This document shows positions 45,852 through 56,751 of a stretch of 64,000 nt of DNA, one piece after another (within the stretch, counting starts at the first letter, position 1; each line of letters starts with the position of its first letter). Below the pieces are notes generated by a model. That model saw nothing but the letters and a program-made list of their open reading frames with translations. It was not told where the DNA came from and made no database searches. The DNA comes from Trypanosoma brucei (lineage: Eukaryota). Location: NCBI GenBank assembly GCA_000002445.1, contig CH464491.1, positions 832,001 to 896,000 on the forward strand, read 5' to 3'. The position numbers and the translations under genes are program-made.

Positions 45852-47033
45852 TTAAAAGTCGGGGGAACAACCAGAGCCCAACTGCAGTTGAATCACCTGT
45901 GCCAGACGGTCCACGAAATACTCACTGTTAACTATAGCCTCATATGGATTCACAGCCACAGTGTACCTCACTTCAACATCCTTGTCCAGTATGCTTTTCC
46001 CTGTTTGAGCATCCCTCAAGTCCACAATAGATTTGTCCTCTCCAATCGATATGTTGTCGTCAAAAAACACGTAAAGGCGCGCTTTATCAGGCGTCGGTTC
46101 TGGTATTGTAGCAACCGGAAACACCTTCCCGCCACAGCGGCTTTCCGCTTTCTGTGCCCAATACGGATAATAATCAACAATCCCCGCCACGCCATTAGAC
46201 TTACTGGCGTACTCCACCAGTTGTTCTTCGAGGGCGGAGAAGTTCGTTTGGTAGACAGCGGTACATGACGGCATTTGTCGTAACTGCTTCATCGCATCCG
46301 AGGGAGAAAGTGTCCCCGTGTCCTCAGGATAGACCACCACCGCAGCGGTGTTGGGGCCGTAGCAAAGGAAAAGATCATCCTCATCGCGGAATATGCACCC
46401 CGTCACTTCAGGAACATATGCCTCCTTCAAGCGCTGAAGCATCGGTCCCCGCGGTAAGTGCTTGTGTTTGCCTTGAACAAACTCCCTCCACTCTTGGAGG
46501 ACACTCCCCAGCTCGGTCCCAAATGTCCTGAACAGAAGCGTAAATGGCCAGCTGAGTTCAGAAAGGGTGTTAATAAATTCAAAAAAGGACGGAATGATAA
46601 GCTGGTCGGGTGTTGCGGTCAGGACTGTCCTTTGTTCATCAACATATCGTTTAAAACCTTCGCCCGGTTGCCCGGGGCGTGTAAAGGCACTAAGAATGGA
46701 TCTTCTCTTTGCCGAGACATCCTGCCACAACCGATTTTTCTCAGCTCGAGAAAGATCTTGCATCCCTGGAGGTTCCTTGAATTTTTCATCAATGTACTGG
46801 TCGTACGTGACCAACCCGGTACGATCACCGGCCTGACCAGGGCCCAAAACAGCGGTCCAGCCCTCACCAGAGACGCGCCCCCATACGTTTGCAGCAACAT
46901 TACTATTCATAACATCCTCCATTGTTCGCCCCCCTGCAGAGTCCACCTGAATAATAGTTTTATTGATATCCATGTTTATGACGAGGTGTCTTCGGGGGCA
47001 CTGCTCGAGGAACAGGCGGGACATAGCTTTCAA
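45852..47033 (-). CDS. Hypothetical conserved protein
   Basis: 393-aa ORF on the sense strand with coding-like composition. No domain recognised. A HAD-like N-terminal VINMDINKT does not fit the DxDxT motif. Confidence 0.35.
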   Translation of the reverse strand: MKAMSRLFLEQCPRRHLVINMDINKTIIQVDSAGGRTMEDVMNSNVAANVWGRVSGEGWTAVLGPGQAGDRTGLVTYDQYIDEKFKEPPGMQDLSRAEKNRLWQDVSAKRRSILSAFTRPGQPGEGFKRYVDEQRTVLTATPDQLIIPSFFEFINTLSELSWPFTLLFRTFGTELGSVLQEWREFVQGKHKHLPRGPMLQRLKEAYVPEVTGCIFRDEDDLFLCYGPNTAAVVVYPEDTGTLSPSDAMKQLRQMPSCTAVYQTNFSALEEQLVEYASKSNGVAGIVDYYPYWAQKAESRCGGKVFPVATIPEPTPDKARLYVFFDDNISIGEDKSIVDLRDAQTGKSILDKDVEVRYTVAVNPYEAIVNSEYFVDRLAQVIQLQLGSGCSPDF

Positions 47034-47968
47034 GACTACCGCAGGACAAAAAACAGCGCCTTAAAGAGAATGAGTAAATTAAGGCTTGGAGGCACTACTT
47101 GAAGAAATGAAAAAATGATGCATGGGCGAGGAAATACATCACGCAAACAATAGCCACACATGATCAGCGCTAAAACGCGCTTCTTACATCCAGCAGTCAG
47201 ACAAACACTGTCCGCTGCAGCGCGTTTCGACGGATTCTGGCGACGCACAACAAAAAAGAATGACAAAAAGCTGACGGCTCACACTCATTTTCTGTCACGG
47301 GGAGGTGGGGAACGTCTTGGCGTGCGCATGAGACTACTACCGCTCGAAAAATATATATTCCCCCCTCCTCTCTCAACACGCAGTCACTCCACCCTGCACC
47401 AGCGAGCGGCACTCGAGCTAGTCGTTGCAGTCATTTATGTTTGGTATGATTCAAGACGGCTCCGCACAACCTTTGGGGTATCACCAAACACACGTCGCCG
47501 GGATGCTAACTTCACCCCAGGGTTATAGGCAAAAAAAAAAAAATGAACACCCTCTCAGAAACACCGTATTAACAGGAAACATGAAGGTGTCGGGAATTTC
47601 AAACGAATCACGACATTTGCTTGAACGTAAACACATCGACGGGAACGACTAACAACATCCTTGTGTATGTGACACCTCCTCCTCATCAGATCGCCCCCAG
47701 GTTCAAAACTGTGGCAAGAACGGCCTTGCGGATACAACAGAGAGGGGAATCGTTTTAAACAGACAAGCAGACACGGGTGGTTCAGCTTTCAAGGGAGCAA
47801 TCTCAAACACTGCCCGCGCTGATGTGGGGCGACTGGTGGCTTCGTACACCACACCCATCGAGGACAGACAAAGATCTCAAAACAATGGTCGATCTCTCAA
47901 AGACGCCCCCTCCCTCTCCACACATAATTTCCACACAACAGAAGGGTTCTCAAGGTCATGGAGGAGCG

Positions 47969-48586
47969 CTACCGTATGAAGTAGCGCTGTACGCGCAGGG
48001 GATGAATCTTCGTAATGCGTGGAAATATTTCCAGTAGGTACCACAGGATGTGGCCCACCAAATCAGCCATCACTTCAGTACCAATACCAACTTCACCGAA
48101 CATAACGCTCATCAGAAGGAATACAAGGGGGAGGTATCGCACCTGCACCGTCAAAAGACCAAAAATGCTCGCCTCCTGATGAGGCAGCAGCCGCCCAAAG
48201 AGATACACCAGCGTCTTCGAAAACTGGTTACTGAGGTATGGTGTTTCTATCGCACGAGTGCTTCTGAGGAAAAGTAAAAGCCCTGCCCCAGTAAAGAGGG
48301 TCAGGCAGTAGTCTAGACGCCGTCGGTGGAAGTACTGCAATTCAATGCTGCTGCTCACCATATATAACCAGTGTAACTCGATAATACTACTCAGGTTGAG
48401 AGGGCCAAAGTAAAAGAATGTTGAGACCAGCCGCCAATAATGCTTTTCTTGGAACGCGAGGGTAGGACTGAAAATCATCTGCAGTGGGTGGACGAGGCCG
48501 AATGAAACTAGCACAACCGAGATCACACTAAGACACAGCAGCAGCCTTGTTACTGGCGGTATCTCCCATAGAAAGTTAAAGTCCAT
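47969..48586 (-). CDS. Derlin (ERAD retrotranslocation, rhomboid-like)
   Basis: 205 aa with four TM helices. EIPPVTRLLLCLSVISVVLVSFGLV; YWRLVSTFFYFGPLN; RRRLDYCLTLFTGAGLLL; and the LLTVQVRYLPLVFLLMSVMFG pattern all match Derlin-1/2. Confidence 0.75.
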   Translation of the reverse strand: MDFNFLWEIPPVTRLLLCLSVISVVLVSFGLVHPLQMIFSPTLAFQEKHYWRLVSTFFYFGPLNLSSIIELHWLYMVSSSIELQYFHRRRLDYCLTLFTGAGLLLFLRSTRAIETPYLSNQFSKTLVYLFGRLLPHQEASIFGLLTVQVRYLPLVFLLMSVMFGEVGIGTEVMADLVGHILWYLLEIFPRITKIHPLRVQRYFIR

Positions 48587-48955
48587 GGCAACAATCAGCC
48601 TGGAAGCGAGATGTTCTCCGGAGATGTCCGTGGGGTCCTCCTAGCTAGTTCCAAAGTAGCAAACATGAAAATGTAGTGAGGGAGATGAAGTTAACGTACG
48701 GAAGGAGCATACGGCACTCATCAACAGAGAATACGGACGTAGGAAAATTAAAGGAGAAAAAACGGGCGAAGGTATCTTCTGGTCACCCGAAGCAAGCACC
48801 CACTATAACTCTTTTCCAGGGAGAACAGGCGGTGCGGGTTGCACATCGCGGGGCGGTCGCTCCCCGGCTTGTTCCTCCCGTACACACCCCGCTGCACGCC
48901 GCACACCGCTTTTTCCACGTCCATCATCCCACAAAAACGGGTCAGAAACACCCCA

Positions 48956-49591
48956 TTACATCTCAAGAACCTTCATTAGCAACAAACCTGAGAGGAGCAT
49001 AAGAGAGGAATTCGCTACTCCAACGATGACACATGTGTTGATGTCCCACTCCGAGTCCGACAAGCTACGGAGATGGTGAATAACCCACAATGATGTCAGC
49101 ATAAATACGCCACTGAACATCATGAAGGCCACTAGTACGCCCACTTCTACGAATCTGCGATCGCGGCAACGCGTAAACGTGAGTGGTGTGCTTGCAAGCA
49201 GCATTAGAGCAGCAAGACACACCTGCCACCTCAGAAGGGTCTGCACGAGAATTCCCTGTTGTCCATAAGTTAATAGGTAGAACGTAACAAGTAACAGTGT
49301 TAGAAGTGACCACAAAGCAGGCCATGAGATGAAAACAAAAGGCAACATATGTTCCCTCCTTGCACTCTGGGGAGCCATTCTCTCTAATTTGCGTATACCA
49401 TCTTCGATGAAGGCATCATACTTCCTTTCCAGGTACTGAAGTGACTCAAACTCTCCGGGTGATAAGTTACCGCAGTCCCTCGCAGCTCGAAGGGTGTCCA
49501 ACTGGTACTCATCTTCTCGGGTAAAGTCACCCATCACATTCACATGTGATATATTAACCAACAATGCAGTCTTGGATGTACGAAACGCCAC
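48956..49591 (-). CDS. Hypothetical membrane protein (3-4 TM)
   Basis: 211-aa ORF. It has a soluble acidic N-terminal ~75 aa, then hydrophobic helices. Confidence 0.3.
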   Translation of the reverse strand: MAFRTSKTALLVNISHVNVMGDFTREDEYQLDTLRAARDCGNLSPGEFESLQYLERKYDAFIEDGIRKLERMAPQSARREHMLPFVFISWPALWSLLTLLLVTFYLLTYGQQGILVQTLLRWQVCLAALMLLASTPLTFTRCRDRRFVEVGVLVAFMMFSGVFMLTSLWVIHHLRSLSDSEWDINTCVIVGVANSSLMLLSGLLLMKVLEM

Positions 49592-49968
49592 GCAGGGCCT
49601 TCCACTCCCTTCCTACCGAAACCCCACGGTACAAATTAAAAATAAGGAAGGTAAAGCACAGAAAAATGTAAGCAGTGCTATTAAAAGGCCACAGGTCAAA
49701 GTATCAACCTTATACCTGTAAAAGGTGCATTCCTCCTTGGCAGTCTTAGGGCTCCACGGGAGCTTACATGGACGTTAAAACCTCTGGTGGCATCGTCACG
49801 GGACAAAAAAAATGGGAAACTACTTTGGTAGCACAATCCCGTTCCCGCTAACAGCCCCCACGTCAGCCTATCCTCACGCTCATTTTTACGAACAAAGAGT
49901 AAAAAAGTGTAGAACCTGGCCAGCAAAAGAGGTGCTTCTGCCGCCAACGTTCGTCACATGGAGTCCGC

Positions 49969-52900
49969 TCACGTCGATTCCAACGACGCCTCATCATCAC
50001 TATTCTCCCCGTTCCGCGATGCAGCTTCGTCCTGGGACTCAGTCGTCTCTTCCTCCCCCATCGTCCACGTATCACTTCCGTCGCCACCGCCATCCACCTC
50101 GGCAGAATCCGAGTCACTCGTTGTTTCTGTGTTGCTGTAATACTCCGGGGAGTCGGAAGCGCTTGCCCATTCATAAGAATCGCTGTCATCTTCACCATCA
50201 TCGTCATCTTCGTCATAACCTCCAGACCAAGAACCGTTGTTTCCTACCTCGTCATCGTCATCGCTCTCCGCAAGACCTGCCCCACTATCATTACTCCGAT
50301 CGTTTTGTGGGAGCGAGAACGCTTGTTGACCAGGTAGCGGGCCGGAGGATGTTGAGAACACACGCACTACGGCTGCTGCGTCACCATCGAGAATCGCAGC
50401 ACAGTAACGGTCCGATGGTTCAATGGCAAAGGCTCTGAAGGCTGGGCGCACTTCTGTTGAAAACACGGTCTCAAATGTGTAACTATCAACCACTGAAAGA
50501 ACTGGTGTAGCCGTGTGAGACAACGCAGATGCTTCGCGAAAGCTATAAATCACACGTCTAAAAGGGCTGGTGTAGAAACTGCTGCTGTTCCTGAAGGAAG
50601 GTACGGTCTGCAGTATGGACAGGGTCCGCAAATCCCATACCTTTTCATCAATCATCACAAGGGGGTTGAACGGATGAAAAATATTGCAAAAGGAGTTGGT
50701 AAAACGGTCAAAACGACAGATGGGTCTGTCACCGCACCGAACATCCCACAGAACAGCGTCACTGAGAACAAGCTGAGAGAACTGGTCAAAGGTGGCTACG
50801 TTGTCAACGTTTTCCCCAACCCACGACGGATCGCTAAAATGACGCACCTCACATTGCGCCCTGAGGTCGTAAAGACGGCAGGTGTGCTCCTCGTCACACG
50901 TTGCTAACAAATATGTGTTACAACAAGAGAACATGGCCGCACGGCTATCCTCAACCTGGTACTTCACCGCAGGAAGCTCATTACGACCCATCACAGCTAC
51001 CTTGTGCTCCGCGTTTACCAACCCCAGTAAGGCACTATCGTCAGACACGTAAATTCCAACGACACTACCGTTATCGAAGGCCAAGTGCTGTTCTGACAAC
51101 TTGTCGTCCGTGGAATCATCTGGGAACGTGTCAAACAGAGCAATCCCGCCTTCAGAGGTTCCCACAACTAGTGTCTCCCCACCATCGCAAAAGGCCACAC
51201 TATCGCCCTGAAGTTCATCTCCACTCCCCGTTATGTCGAATAAATAACCCGGGTTACGGTACGTAAAGTGGTTTTCGTTCGTCCTTGTGCGTAGTGAGAA
51301 ATCTAATCCCATCTTTTGCACCAAGCGCCTGTTAAACGCGTTTCGCGTTTGATCAACAGGGGCATCCAGTGGGTAGTAAACATGGCCCTTCCGCAAATCA
51401 AATTGAGGCAAGGTTGTAATGGGATTGGTGCACTTCTCATGCTGTTGTCTCAGGTAAGAGCGCACAATGCCATCAAGGGTGGGTGCCCCGATGGGGGACA
51501 GTGCCATATCGGGCGAGGCATTCGCCGAATGTTGTGCCATTGCGATGTCACACGAAAGAGGAGCGTCACGCCGAAGGGCTGAAGCCGCATTCAGCAACCC
51601 CTCCGTCTCTAAGTGGCGGCAAATCAGCTCCAACAGTGATTCACGCGAATAACTTATGTGAGATCGAGCGATGACAGCCTGGCGTTGCTCCAACTCGACG
51701 GGGTCCACAGAAACGGACGGAGTGGTCCTATTCGTCTCATCGAAGAGAAAGCACTTGATGTTCTCCATAAACCGACCTGTTGCGTGCACCTCGCTCGCCA
51801 CATAGCGCGGCCCCATCATGGTTAAGTACTCCTTTTGAATATCTCCATATTGGGTCATAAGCTCCCGCGCCACTGAGCCAACCCCTAGAGCATCAAAGAG
51901 AAGACGTGTATCAGCATACCGTCGAAGGGTAACCATCAGTTGCAGTGCCCGTGCGACCACGGGAAACAACTGCAGCTTAACCGACATTGCCGGATCCTTC
52001 CGAACTTTCAAAACCTCCAACAGCGTACGAACGCCGTCGTTTGCTCGGATCATACCACAAACGCGGTTAAAGGTGGCCACACAAACATCGTCGTTTTTGT
52101 CAGCGGGTAATCTCGTTAAATTCAACAGTATCTGCAACGAAGTAGCAACACACGGAATGAGATGGGACTCCCTAGAGGCGTTTCCGTTTTGGAACGCCGA
52201 TGTTAATTCACTCACTATCATAATCAAGTGCGCAACCCCCGATTCAGGGTACTGAGCATCGGCAACCAAGGGTCGGAAGAAGGGTACAACTACCAAAACA
52301 CAAAGCACATTTAGCGATGCGGCAAGTAAGTCCCATCGACCCTGTGTGAAGTAGAACTGCGCACAACGTAGCAGTATCTGGTGAAAATTATTATCCGCGA
52401 AGAAACGAAATGCAGCAAGCCTATCTCGAGTAAGCAGGCTTTGGATTGTTTCGGTAGATATATCCGGAATAGTGGCAGAAGGGGCCGACAAATAACCGAG
52501 AACCGATTCCACGGTGGCAGGGTCTCGGGGCAGTGACCTCTCTGGTGCAGAATCGGTCACTAAAACCGATAAAAATCTGTGCTTCCGGAATATGACCCTC
52601 GTGGCCAACATCAGATGAGAAATCAAGTAAACGTAGGCGCACTTTAACGCCGCCAATGTTACTCCTGGACAAATAACATCAAACTGTTCTTCCGAACTCT
52701 GTAACAGCCGCTCTATTAAGCCAAGTGTTGCTTGGGGCCCTTGATGCGCGTCAAAAAAGGTAACAACATAAGGGAAACTCAAAGCAAGGAAAAGGAAGCC
52801 TCCCGCGCTGCCTTGTACGTCGTGACTCGAGGCAACTTTCCACTGATGCAGAATGAAGTTCAATATCGGCTCGAAGTATTCACCATGGTTTCGAAGCAGG

Positions 52901-55035
52901 TTCTCAAACACCGCAGCTCTAGCTAATTGAGACAGCACGATGCAGCACCCATACATTGTCACTGGATCTAAACGGCCATCAGTTAACTTTATGATCTGCT
53001 TCAAACCTCCCAGTTCTAGGAAAATCAAAGCGAGTTTCTTGTGGGTAAACAAAGAGTTTAGAACCCAACCAACCCTACCCACCAACTCCCGCATTTTTCG
53101 GTAATGGCTCTTAGTTGTTTGTAGTTCAGCACTCCAGTTCAAACGAACTTCAAGTAATTCGCGTTCGTCCGCGTTCATTTCCACATTGTCCTCTGATAAG
53201 ACGAACCCCAATGTTTTTTTCTCCTCCGTTTCCACAGCTGCAGTAGCTGCATCCAAATCGACTCGACTCAATACGTAGAACATGGATTCCACTGTTTGGA
53301 ACTGGAGAGCAGGTAGAACTGTCTCTCGTTGGTGACAAAGTGCTCCCACGACGGCGCAACACAACATAAACTCTTCCATCTTGAAGTCAATGTTTTCTGG
53401 CATCAGGGTCTGAATATTCAAAAAATGATCCCACGGAACAACTTGATCGTTTGGACCCTTGTACTTGTAGCGGAAGAATCGGTCCCCCTCACTCTCGTGA
53501 GGGGGACAGTCGACACTCCTTATCCAACGAACAACCACTTCCTCTGCCGTAGTTACCTCCACAACCTCACCAAAATCGCATTTTTTCCCTTGGTCATTGA
53601 AGCACCACATAGGACCGCGACCTACCCTGTCACCCCTTCGTGGCTGCCAAAAATCTGGTAACTTCCGAAAACGGGGTGATTCCTCTCCTGTTTCGAACTT
53701 CCTCTTTTTGTGGGGCCTAGATATCAGATCATCTCCTCCCCCTTGATTAAATTCTGCCAGGGCAGATTCATGTTCCACCTCTTTTATAGGTATGGTTGAC
53801 CTATCAAACATTGGAGATGAAGAGGCTTGCTCAGATCCCGCAAACTGCGAATGTGAAGAAAGGGACATCTGCTTTGATTGGGGCAACACTTGTTGCGCTT
53901 CCTTCACGCATGGCACCCCTACGGAGCTCCCAGCAGCAACTTCGGGTGACGTCTTACGTGAGAGCGTGGGAGAATTCAGCTCACTCCTGATAACGGCAGA
54001 GTAGTGTCTGAAGGGGGATCGACTCCATCTTTGTGAGGGAGATATCCCATTGTTTTCAGGATAACCAAATATCCGGTGAACCAGATGTCGCAATCTCTGA
54101 AGCAAAACCCGCGGCAACTGTTGACTAAGTGCCTCACCTACCGCTTGGTCATCCTCTTCAAGCCTGCTAAACACCAGAGAGAGGGCAATAAGCCGTTTTT
54201 GTCTCTTCTTCTCTCCTATGATAACTTTACAGAGATCTTGTATAGGTGTAGAGTCAAAAAAATTTCCCCGTGATCCCTCCACCAGCAAAAACGCCGTATA
54301 AGTGGCGATACTTTGTGTCCTCACCACACTTTTATAAAGGATTGGCTCACTCTGAATTGATCTTCCCTCAGATCTCGACAACAAATCATCCCGTTCCACA
54401 TTAAAATTAATCATTTCTCCCATGTATTCACAAAAGGGTGCATTATTGCAAACCGTTTTGATAAGAGACTCAAAAGGCGCGCGATCCTGTAGACTCATCG
54501 TGCTAGCATAAACGTCAGTACAACGTTTATACTCATCATGAAGAATTTTCGCTAATTGACCCCACAGAAAAAGTTCAAGATTTATGTACTCTTGTAGCAG
54601 GGTCAGTGTTTGTTTGTCACCGCTTTCGGTGTCTATTGTTTCTCCCTGTGACTCGGGGGAAGTATTCCTTGCCTGAGCCCTAAGTCTTTCTTTTAGCATT
54701 TTAATCTGCTTCTGGGCCTTCGTGAGACGTCGCATGATGTGTTTGAGTGTACCGACTAATTCGGCTGACACAATGATGTCATCTTCGAAGTTTTCCTCCC
54801 CGCTCCGCTCTGCAAGCTCATTGAGAACATTAAACGACATATTATTTGCAGCATCGTCTACCGATAAAGTCGTAAAGTGGTCAGTGCCATCTGCAAGACG
54901 ACTCCCTTGCAGATTTTCCATCAAGTTAAAAATGGTAGGAAAAAACTTTGTAGAAAAGTAGAGCTTTAAATAAACGAGTGGTGGTAAATTCAGAACTGCA
55001 TCAAAGGGTAGCAATTTAGTATAACATCTTATCAA
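49969..55035 (-). CDS. DCAF1/VprBP-like protein: helical repeat N-terminus, LisH motif, WD40 propeller, acidic C-terminal tail
   Basis: 1688 aa. LisH-like SRESLLELICRHLETEGLLNAASAL precedes a WD-repeat region (ATCDEEHTCRLYDLR, AVLWDVR, KVWDLRT). The extreme C-terminus is Asp/Glu/Ser-rich (DDDDEVGNN...DEDDDDGEDDSDSYEW). This architecture matches the CUL4-DDB1 substrate receptor DCAF1. Confidence 0.5.
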   Translation of the reverse strand: MIRCYTKLLPFDAVLNLPPLVYLKLYFSTKFFPTIFNLMENLQGSRLADGTDHFTTLSVDDAANNMSFNVLNELAERSGEENFEDDIIVSAELVGTLKHIMRRLTKAQKQIKMLKERLRAQARNTSPESQGETIDTESGDKQTLTLLQEYINLELFLWGQLAKILHDEYKRCTDVYASTMSLQDRAPFESLIKTVCNNAPFCEYMGEMINFNVERDDLLSRSEGRSIQSEPILYKSVVRTQSIATYTAFLLVEGSRGNFFDSTPIQDLCKVIIGEKKRQKRLIALSLVFSRLEEDDQAVGEALSQQLPRVLLQRLRHLVHRIFGYPENNGISPSQRWSRSPFRHYSAVIRSELNSPTLSRKTSPEVAAGSSVGVPCVKEAQQVLPQSKQMSLSSHSQFAGSEQASSSPMFDRSTIPIKEVEHESALAEFNQGGGDDLISRPHKKRKFETGEESPRFRKLPDFWQPRRGDRVGRGPMWCFNDQGKKCDFGEVVEVTTAEEVVVRWIRSVDCPPHESEGDRFFRYKYKGPNDQVVPWDHFLNIQTLMPENIDFKMEEFMLCCAVVGALCHQRETVLPALQFQTVESMFYVLSRVDLDAATAAVETEEKKTLGFVLSEDNVEMNADERELLEVRLNWSAELQTTKSHYRKMRELVGRVGWVLNSLFTHKKLALIFLELGGLKQIIKLTDGRLDPVTMYGCCIVLSQLARAAVFENLLRNHGEYFEPILNFILHQWKVASSHDVQGSAGGFLFLALSFPYVVTFFDAHQGPQATLGLIERLLQSSEEQFDVICPGVTLAALKCAYVYLISHLMLATRVIFRKHRFLSVLVTDSAPERSLPRDPATVESVLGYLSAPSATIPDISTETIQSLLTRDRLAAFRFFADNNFHQILLRCAQFYFTQGRWDLLAASLNVLCVLVVVPFFRPLVADAQYPESGVAHLIMIVSELTSAFQNGNASRESHLIPCVATSLQILLNLTRLPADKNDDVCVATFNRVCGMIRANDGVRTLLEVLKVRKDPAMSVKLQLFPVVARALQLMVTLRRYADTRLLFDALGVGSVARELMTQYGDIQKEYLTMMGPRYVASEVHATGRFMENIKCFLFDETNRTTPSVSVDPVELEQRQAVIARSHISYSRESLLELICRHLETEGLLNAASALRRDAPLSCDIAMAQHSANASPDMALSPIGAPTLDGIVRSYLRQQHEKCTNPITTLPQFDLRKGHVYYPLDAPVDQTRNAFNRRLVQKMGLDFSLRTRTNENHFTYRNPGYLFDITGSGDELQGDSVAFCDGGETLVVGTSEGGIALFDTFPDDSTDDKLSEQHLAFDNGSVVGIYVSDDSALLGLVNAEHKVAVMGRNELPAVKYQVEDSRAAMFSCCNTYLLATCDEEHTCRLYDLRAQCEVRHFSDPSWVGENVDNVATFDQFSQLVLSDAVLWDVRCGDRPICRFDRFTNSFCNIFHPFNPLVMIDEKVWDLRTLSILQTVPSFRNSSSFYTSPFRRVIYSFREASALSHTATPVLSVVDSYTFETVFSTEVRPAFRAFAIEPSDRYCAAILDGDAAAVVRVFSTSSGPLPGQQAFSLPQNDRSNDSGAGLAESDDDDEVGNNGSWSGGYDEDDDDGEDDSDSYEWASASDSPEYYSNTETTSDSDSAEVDGGGDGSDTWTMGEEETTESQDEAASRNGENSDDEASLEST

Positions 55036-55845
55036 GGCTAGTCACATCTCGGTCGTCGCAACGTGAGAAATGGATAAGCAGAAAATATATATAATTCTCA
55101 CAATATACAAAAAAGGGAGAGAAAGATAGAGAGAAGTAAAACCAACCCATATAACATTGTCTCTTCTTTTTCCTTCTGCTCCCTACTCCTAATGACCTCA
55201 CAGGCTCACTGTGTTTCCCTCAGACATAAAACACGGAACATATCTATAACACACGGTGTTCGCTACCCTCCTAACATTGGTGCCACAATGGCGTTAAACC
55301 TACATATGCGTAAGAACCTTTTATTTCTTCTCACCACTCACTGGGACGCTAACTCGAGTCCTACATTATGAATGAAGCCAAAAATGAGAAGAGAGTCAGC
55401 GCAACCCTGCCTAACTTGTATGCCAGCTATCCTCAATAAAAGCGTCTGCCCCATTCACAAAATATATAGCGATAATACGTTATTGCTTTTCATGGTAATC
55501 GACTGCTACAACAAAATGTGCTCTAAAAAGATAAGCACACGAAATGCGAACGATTACAAAAAACTGTGGAACGATAACAAGCTACTCATATGCTATTCTC
55601 ACGGTGTATTGTTTCACATGCACACACGTACCTCAAAGACATGTTTTCCACAAAATTATTTTTCCTCCAATAATGATAATTGCGAATGTGGGGTTCATCA
55701 AGTTAGGTTCAAAACACTGAAAGCACAAGTGCATATAATAATTCCTGCAATACTTACGGGCACCACAATTGGCTCTAAGCATATTTTCTCTGCGATTACA
55801 ACTCGTTTGAATAATTTAACGGACAAAAACTACTACTGCAATTAA

Positions 55846-56751
55846 TCAAGTAATTTTTCTGTAGATAAAAAACGGTGCCTCATCGTTCCAGTCGGCTGTC
55901 AGGTGAACATAAGATACAAGCTTCATTTGGCTCCCAACCAAAAGATTTTCATGCAAGGGGCGAGATGTTACCACACACAACAAAGCAGGCAAAGACACCA
56001 CGAGCTCCGTCAACCTCTTCATCAACTCGTCATCAAACATCCACGAGTGGGTGAATATAACATTGACATTTTCTTCAACCATTCTCCGCGCACAATTGAC
56101 AAAGTCATCTTGTATAAAGATAGCCTGCTTGCCGGAAAAGTTCTCTGGAAAATATGACAGGGCCTTAGCAAAAGCCGTTGTCGCAGCGCGATGTCGGGAG
56201 GGTATAACTTCAACGCCTACAACCTTCCTGCAGTTGGTCTCAGCCAGTAACTGAAGGCACACATTTCCAACGCCACTACCTATATCACAAAAAACAGCGC
56301 TTTCCTCAATAGAAACTACTGAATTATCAGTTGTATTTGCAAGGTGATCTCCCGTTACACAGCGGCGGAGCTGAGGTACAATGTGAGATGTCCACATTTT
56401 GCGCACACCGTCAAAGTCGATAACGCCATTCTGAGCGAAAACATTCGGCTTCACAGTGAGAATTTCTTCACCTGCCTCCAATTGGCCGCGTTCTTCGTAT
56501 TGGTCGTTCAAATGTTCATATATCCGCTGATATATTGCCTTGAAATTCCCTGGGGAAAATAACAAACTGCTCGATTTTCGTACAGCAATAAAAGAGTGTG
56601 TCTGTTTATTGTTTAAGTACACCAACAGAGCTCCAATAGCACTACCCACTCCAACAGACATGGCGGCAAAACGTAGCCCCCTAGTTCTCAACAATAGGTA
56701 ACTAAATGCAAGAAATGAGCATCCGGCAGCTGCAGCGTAGAAAAAGGTCAT
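55846..56751 (-). CDS. DOT1-like histone H3K79-type methyltransferase with an unusual hydrophobic N-terminus
   Basis: FCDIGSGVGNVCLQLLAETNCRKVVGVEV (DOT1 motif I: [26 protein letters not shown]), FIQDDFV and VNVIFTHSWMFDDEL (VIFVNNFAFGPEV) match the DOT1 catalytic core. The first ~50 aa form two hydrophobic segments. Confidence 0.7.
   Translation of the reverse strand: MTFFYAAAAGCSFLAFSYLLLRTRGLRFAAMSVGVGSAIGALLVYLNNKQTHSFIAVRKSSSLLFSPGNFKAIYQRIYEHLNDQYEERGQLEAGEEILTVKPNVFAQNGVIDFDGVRKMWTSHIVPQLRRCVTGDHLANTTDNSVVSIEESAVFCDIGSGVGNVCLQLLAETNCRKVVGVEVIPSRHRAATTAFAKALSYFPENFSGKQAIFIQDDFVNCARRMVEENVNVIFTHSWMFDDELMKRLTELVVSLPALLCVVTSRPLHENLLVGSQMKLVSYVHLTADWNDEAPFFIYRKIT

Noticed and set aside
44764-47102. 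Long plus-strand ORFs (44764..45534 256 aa; 45816..46268; 46458..47102 214 aa)
   Set aside because: They are antisense shadows of the 44477..45730 and 45852..47033 minus-strand genes. They are Pro/Arg/Ser-rich with no similarity.
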